Shown: positions 58,776 to 64,000 of the stretch, piece by piece
How positions within the stretch are numbered: the first letter of the stretch is position 1
Layout of the letters: each line of letters starts with the position of its first letter
NCBI GenBank assembly: GCA_002269645.1
Contig: NIVC01000897.1
Coordinates: 186,001-250,000 of the forward strand
Length of the DNA stretch: 64,000 nt
Reading direction: 5' to 3'
From: Macrostomum lignano
Taxonomy: Eukaryota
Made by a program: the position numbers and the translations under genes
Notes under the pieces: model-generated
What the model was told of the DNA's origin: nothing
Database searches by the model: none
Seen by the model: the letters and a program-made list of their open reading frames with translations, nothing else

Positions 58776-59984
58776 AAAAACGCGTAGTTTCCAAACCGAA
58801 TCGAATTCTCCTTCTCTAATCAAGGATTTGATTAGATTGTCACAGCAAATTCCGTCTGTAGGGAAGTTTCCGCGGACGCTTTAAATTTCATTCGTAAAAA
58901 TACTGGCCACTTGTTGAGTAAAACTGTTAAAAGAATTCGAGTTCCAACCTTGCAACTCAAAGCAGAGCCTAGCAGGGAGCGAAGCACTTACAAGTCAGCA
59001 TTATTATTATATTTTCTAATTCCGAGCATTCGAGCGTGAATTTTAAGCCGTGGCATCGAGCGCTTGCGGGCGCCGCAAATTTAGTCAAGTGGGCCAGAGG
59101 CCATCTTCAAGCTGCCGCTATCCAATTCGGTGCTTTAACTCGACCCGCCGTTCAGGCTTTCCCTTGAGGCCTGCTGGCCATGCAATTTTGGTCATTTCGA
59201 TTGCTGCTTACAAGCCTTACTCTCTCCCGCCTTGTTCTGTCTGTCCGTCCGGCCTACTGTTGAATTGACCGCCGCGACAGTGCATGGCCTGTGGCTATAT
59301 GCGTAGTTAGGCAAATAATCCCACTGAATTGCCCGCGCTGCCTTGATGCTGTGAAGGAGGTGGGAGGGGGCGGCGTGTTGGCACAAACCCGGGCGGAAAC
59401 CGCGTGCAGGGCGACAGTCTCTCTAGCAACTTGGCCGGCTGTAGAAGGGAACACTTTTTACAGCCTTAAAGTCTCTGCATTCTTCTGTGCATATCGGAAG
59501 CGATTGCAGCACTCCGCATAGCAACAGTCAGCTCGATTTACAGACTGCTTTAAACTGTTTGCATCTGGTTTTGAAATGCAGCCATTACGATTTATTTCGA
59601 GCCAGGCTTTACATCCTGTTTTCGTGCTTCAGTCTTATTTATTGCTAACTATCGGGGGGCTCTCTCCCTCTTCTAGGAGCAGCAAGTGTGCCAAGTGAAG
59701 CTGAAGTTTGCCAACAGTACAGTGTATATTTATAAGAATGCTTCTCAAGCCTCAACTTCTAGCAGTGCCAAAATAGATTCTAAAAACAAAATTAACTTTA
59801 GCTGTATGTATAAGAATTCTTTTGATAAATTTTTTTCTGCTCAATTATTTCAACGGGTACTTCTACTGGGGCTTCATCCAGTTCGGTATATCTAATGCGC
59901 TTTTTTCATTTAGAAACACCGACAACTTGGCTTATTAACCCAAAATTTGTATGTCTATAAATTCAGCACTGTGAACTCGCCCTT

Positions 59985-62900
59985 CAAGCCCCTGTGGAAT
60001 CGCCCCTCCAACAACCCTGTAGAATCGCCCCTCCAACAACCCTGTAGAATCGCCCCTCCAACAACCCTGTAGAATCGCCCCTCCAACAACCCTGTGGAAT
60101 CGCCCCTCCAACAACCCTGTAGAATCGCCCCTCCAACAACCCTGTAGAATCGCCCCTCCAACAACCCTGTAGAATCGCCCCTCCAACAACCCTGTGGAAT
60201 CGCCCCTCCAACAACCCTGTAGAATCGCCCCTAGACCCTGTTAGACCCTGTGTAATCGCCCCTCCAACAACCCTGTGGAATCACCCCTCCAACAACCCTG
60301 TAGAATCGCCCCTCCAACAACCCTGTGGAATCACCCCTCCAACAACCCTGTAGAATCGCCCCTCCAACAACCCTGTAGAATCGCCCCTCCAACAACCCTG
60401 TGGAATCACCCCTCCAACAACCCTGTAGAATCGCCCCTCAAACAACCCTGTGGAATCACCCCTCCAACAACCCTGTAGAATCGCCCCTCCAAGCCCCTGT
60501 GGAATCGCCCCTCCAACAACCCTGTGGAATCGCCCCTCCAACAACCCTGTGGAATCACCCCTCCAACAACCCTGTAGAATCGCCCTTCAAGACCCTGTGG
60601 AATCGCCCCTCCAACACCCGTAGAATCGCCCTTCAAGCCCCTGTGGAATCGCCCCTCCAACACCCCGTAAAATCGCTCTTCAAGACCCTGTGGAATCGCC
60701 CCTCCAACACCCCGTAGAATCGCCCCTCCAACACCCTGTAGAATCGCCCCTCCAACACCCCGTAGAATCGCCCTTCAAGCCCCTGTGGAATCGCCCCTCC
60801 AACAACCCTGTAGAATCGCTCCTCCAACAACCCTGTATCGCCCCTCCAACAACCCTGTAGAATCGCCTCTCCAACAACCCTGTGGAATCGCCCCTCCAAC
60901 AACCCTGTAGAATCGCCCCTCAAACACCCCGTAGAATCGCCCTTCAAGACCCTGTGGAATCGCCCCTCCAACACCCCGTAGAATCGCCCTTCAAGCCCCT
61001 GTGGAATCGCCCCTCCAACACCCCGTAAAATCGCTCTTCAAGACCCTGTGGAATCGCCCCTCCAACACCCCGTAGAATCGCCCCTCCAACACCCTGTAGA
61101 ATCGCCCCTCCAACACCCCGTAGAATCGCCCTTCAAGCCACTGTGGAATCGCCCCCAACACCCCTGTAGAATCGCCCCTCCAACACCCCGTAGAATCGCC
61201 CTTCAAGACCCTGTGGAATCGCCCCTCCAACACCCCGTAGAATCGCCCTTCAAGCCCCTGTGGAATCGCCCCTCCAACACCCCGTAAAATCGCCCTTCAC
61301 GACCCTGTGTAATCGCCCCTCCAACACCCCTGTAGAATCGCCCCTCAAACACCCTGTGGAATCGCCCCTCCAACACCCCGTAGAATCGCCCTTCAAGCCC
61401 CTGTGGAATCGCCCCTCCAACACCCCGTAAAATCGCCCTTCACGACCCTGTGTAATCGCCCCTCCAACACCCCTGTAGAATCGCCCCTCAAACACCCTGT
61501 GGAATCGCCCCTCCAACACCCCGTAGAATCGCCCTTCAAGACCCTGTGTAATCGCCCCTCCAACAACCCTGTGGAATCGCCCCTCAAACACCCTGTAGAA
61601 TCGCCCCTCCAACAACCCTGTAGAATCGCCCCTCCAACAACCCTGTAGAATCGCCCCTCCAACAACCCTGTAGAATCGCCCCTCAAACACCCTGTGGAAT
61701 CGCCCCTCCAACACCCCGTAGAATCGCCCTTCAAGACCCTGTGTAATCGCCCCTCCAACACCCCTGTAGAATCGCCCCTCAAACACCCTGTGGAATCGCC
61801 CCTCCAACACCCCGTAGAATCGCCCTTCAAGACCCTGTGTAATCGCCCCTCCAACAACCCTGTGGAATCGCCCCTCAAACACCCTGTAGAATCGCCCCTC
61901 CAACAACCCTGTAGAATCGCCCCTCCAACAACCCTGTAGAATCGCCCCTCCAACAACCCTGTGGAATCGCCCCTCAAACACCCTGTAGAATCGCCCCTCC
62001 AAAACCCTATAGAATCGCTTTTCCAAAACCCTGTAGAATCGCCCCTCCAACACCCCTGTAGAATCGCCCCTCCAACAACCCTGTGGAATCGCCCCTCAAA
62101 CACCCTGTAGAATCGCCCCTCCAACAACCCTGTAGAATCGCCCCTCCAACACCCCTGTAGAATCGCCCCTCAAACACCCTGTGGAATCGCCCCTCCAACA
62201 CCCCGTAGAATCGCCCTTCAAGACCCTGTGTAATCGCCCCTCCAACAACCCTGTGGAATCGCCCCTCAAACACCCTGTAGAATCGCCCCTCCAACAACCC
62301 TGTAGAATCGCCCCTCCAACAACCCTGTAGAATCGCCCCTCCAACACCCTGTAGAATCGCCCCTCCAAAACCCTATAGAATCGCTTTTCCAAAACCCTGT
62401 AGAATCGCCCCTCCAACACCCCTGTAGAATCGCCCCTCCAACACCCCGTAGAATCGCCCTTCAAGACCCTGTGTAATCGCCCCTCCAACAACCCTGTGGA
62501 ATCGCCCCTCAAACACCCTGTAGAATCGCCCCTCCAACAACCCTGTAGAATCGCCCCTCCAACAACCCTGTAGAATCGCCCCTCCAACAACCCTGTAGAA
62601 TCGCCCCTCAAACACCCTGTGGAATCGCCCCTCCAACACCCCGTAGAATCGCCCTTCAAGACCCTGTGTAATCGCCCCTCCAACACCCCTGTAGAATCGC
62701 CCCTCAAACACCCTGTGGAATCGCCCCTCCAACACCCCGTAGAATCGCCCTTCAAGACCCTGTGTAATCGCCCCTCCAACAACCCTGTGGAATCGCCCCT
62801 CAAACACCCTGTAGAATCGCCCCTCCAACAACCCTGTAGAATCGCCCCTCCAACAACCCTGTAGAATCGCCCCTCCAACAACCCTGTAGAATCGCCCCTC

Positions 62901-64000
62901 CAACAACCCTGTGGAATCGCCCCTCAAACACCCTGTAGAATCGCCCCTCCAAAACCCTATAGAATCGCTTTTCCAAAACCCTGTAGAATCGCCCCTCCAA
63001 CACCCCTGTAGAATCGCCCCTCCAACAACCCTGTGGAATCGCCCCTCAAACACCCTGTAGAATCGCCCCTCCAACAACCCTGTAGAATCGCCCCTCCAAC
63101 AACCCTGTGGAATCGCCCCTCAAACACCCTGTAGAATCGCCCCTCCAACAACCCTGTAGAATCGCCCCTCCAACAACCCTGTAGAATCGCCCCTCCAACA
63201 ACCCTGTAGAATCGCCCCTCAAACACCCTGTGGAATCGCCCCTCCAACACCCCGTAGAATCGCCCTTCAAGACCCTGTGTAATCGCCCCTCCAACACCCC
63301 TGTAGAATCGCCCCTCAAACACCCTGTGGAATCGCCCCTCCAACACCCCGTAGAATCGCCCTTCAAGACCCTGTGTAATCGCCCCTCCAACAACCCTGTG
63401 GAATCGCCCCTCAAACACCCTGTAGAATCGCCCCTCCAACAACCCTGTAGAATCGCCCCTCCAACAACCCTGTAGAATCGCCCCTCCAACAACCCTGTGG
63501 AATCGCCCCTCAAACACCCTGTAGAATCGCCCCTCCAACAACCCTGTAGAATCGCCCCTCCAACAACCCTGTAGAATCGCCCCTCCAACAACCCTGTGGA
63601 ATCGCCCCTCAAACACCCTGTAGAATCGCCCCTCCAAAACCCTATAGAATCGCTTTTCCAAAACCCTGTAGAATCGCCCCTCCAACACCCCTGTAGAATC
63701 GCCCCTCCAACAACCCTGTGGAATCGCCCCTCAAACACCCTGTAGAATCGCCCCTCCAACAACCCTGTAGAATCGCCCTTCAAACACCCTGTAGAATCGC
63801 CCCTCCAACAACCCTGTAGAATCGCCCCTCCAACAACCCTGTAGAATCGCCCCTCCAACAACCCTGTGGAATCGCCCCTCAAACACCCTGTAGAATCGCC
63901 CCTCCAAAACCCTATAGAATCGCTTTTCCAAAACCCTGTAGAATCGCCCCTCCAACACCCCTGTAGAATCGCCCCTCCAACACCCTGTAGAATCGCCCCC
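59985..64000. repeat. ~24-25-bp satellite (CCCTGTAGAATCGCCCCTCCAACAA) with higher-order structure; runs off the right edge
   Basis: Near-identical 81-aa spurious ORFs at 61403, 61694, 62619 and 63230 mark repeated multi-unit blocks. Confidence 0.98.

Noticed and set aside
56340-59500. Further exons of the orphan gene (e.g. 58847 onward, ANSVCREVSADALNFIRK...)
   Set aside because: Could not be joined in phase to the exon ending at 56241 without a stop; left unannotated.
59935-63958. Many long ORFs (MLEGRFYRV..., MESPLQ...)
   Set aside because: Translations of a stop-poor satellite, open in several frames on both strands.

Overview
Eukaryotic (animal) genomic DNA, not prokaryotic. Short GC-rich exons with GT-AG introns sit in a matrix of minisatellites, non-autonomous DNA transposons and SINEs. 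The organisation (several genes starting at a bare 3' splice acceptor a few nt before the ATG, repeat-filled introns) suggests a spliced-leader (SL) trans-splicing flatworm such as Macrostomum; this is an inference, not a database result. Two convergent gene clusters are present. Plus strand: ubiquitin-RPS27A, then RPL14. Minus strand: cereblon (CRBN), METTL15 and a RING/B-box/coiled-coil/NHL (TRIM-NHL) gene, followed by an internally deleted mariner and tRNA-Ser(AGA). Further right are an RFX5/7-type transcription factor and an orphan gene with a Q/S/G-rich low-complexity repeat domain. Main observations: (1) METTL15 has no in-frame ATG but is in frame with an acceptor AG, so the 3'-terminal AUG of the flatworm SL could be its start codon; (2) an in-frame, catalytic-core-deleted mariner lies 53 bp behind the last gene of the putative operon and has its own acceptor; (3) apparent 1-nt deletions occur in TRIM-NHL and RFX, and possibly METTL15; (4) nearly every intron or spacer carries its own unrelated minisatellite; (5) CpG-void, TpA-rich blocks alternate sharply with CpG-rich genes and young elements. 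Exon models were derived by hand from splice motifs and reading-frame continuity and need RNA-seq confirmation.
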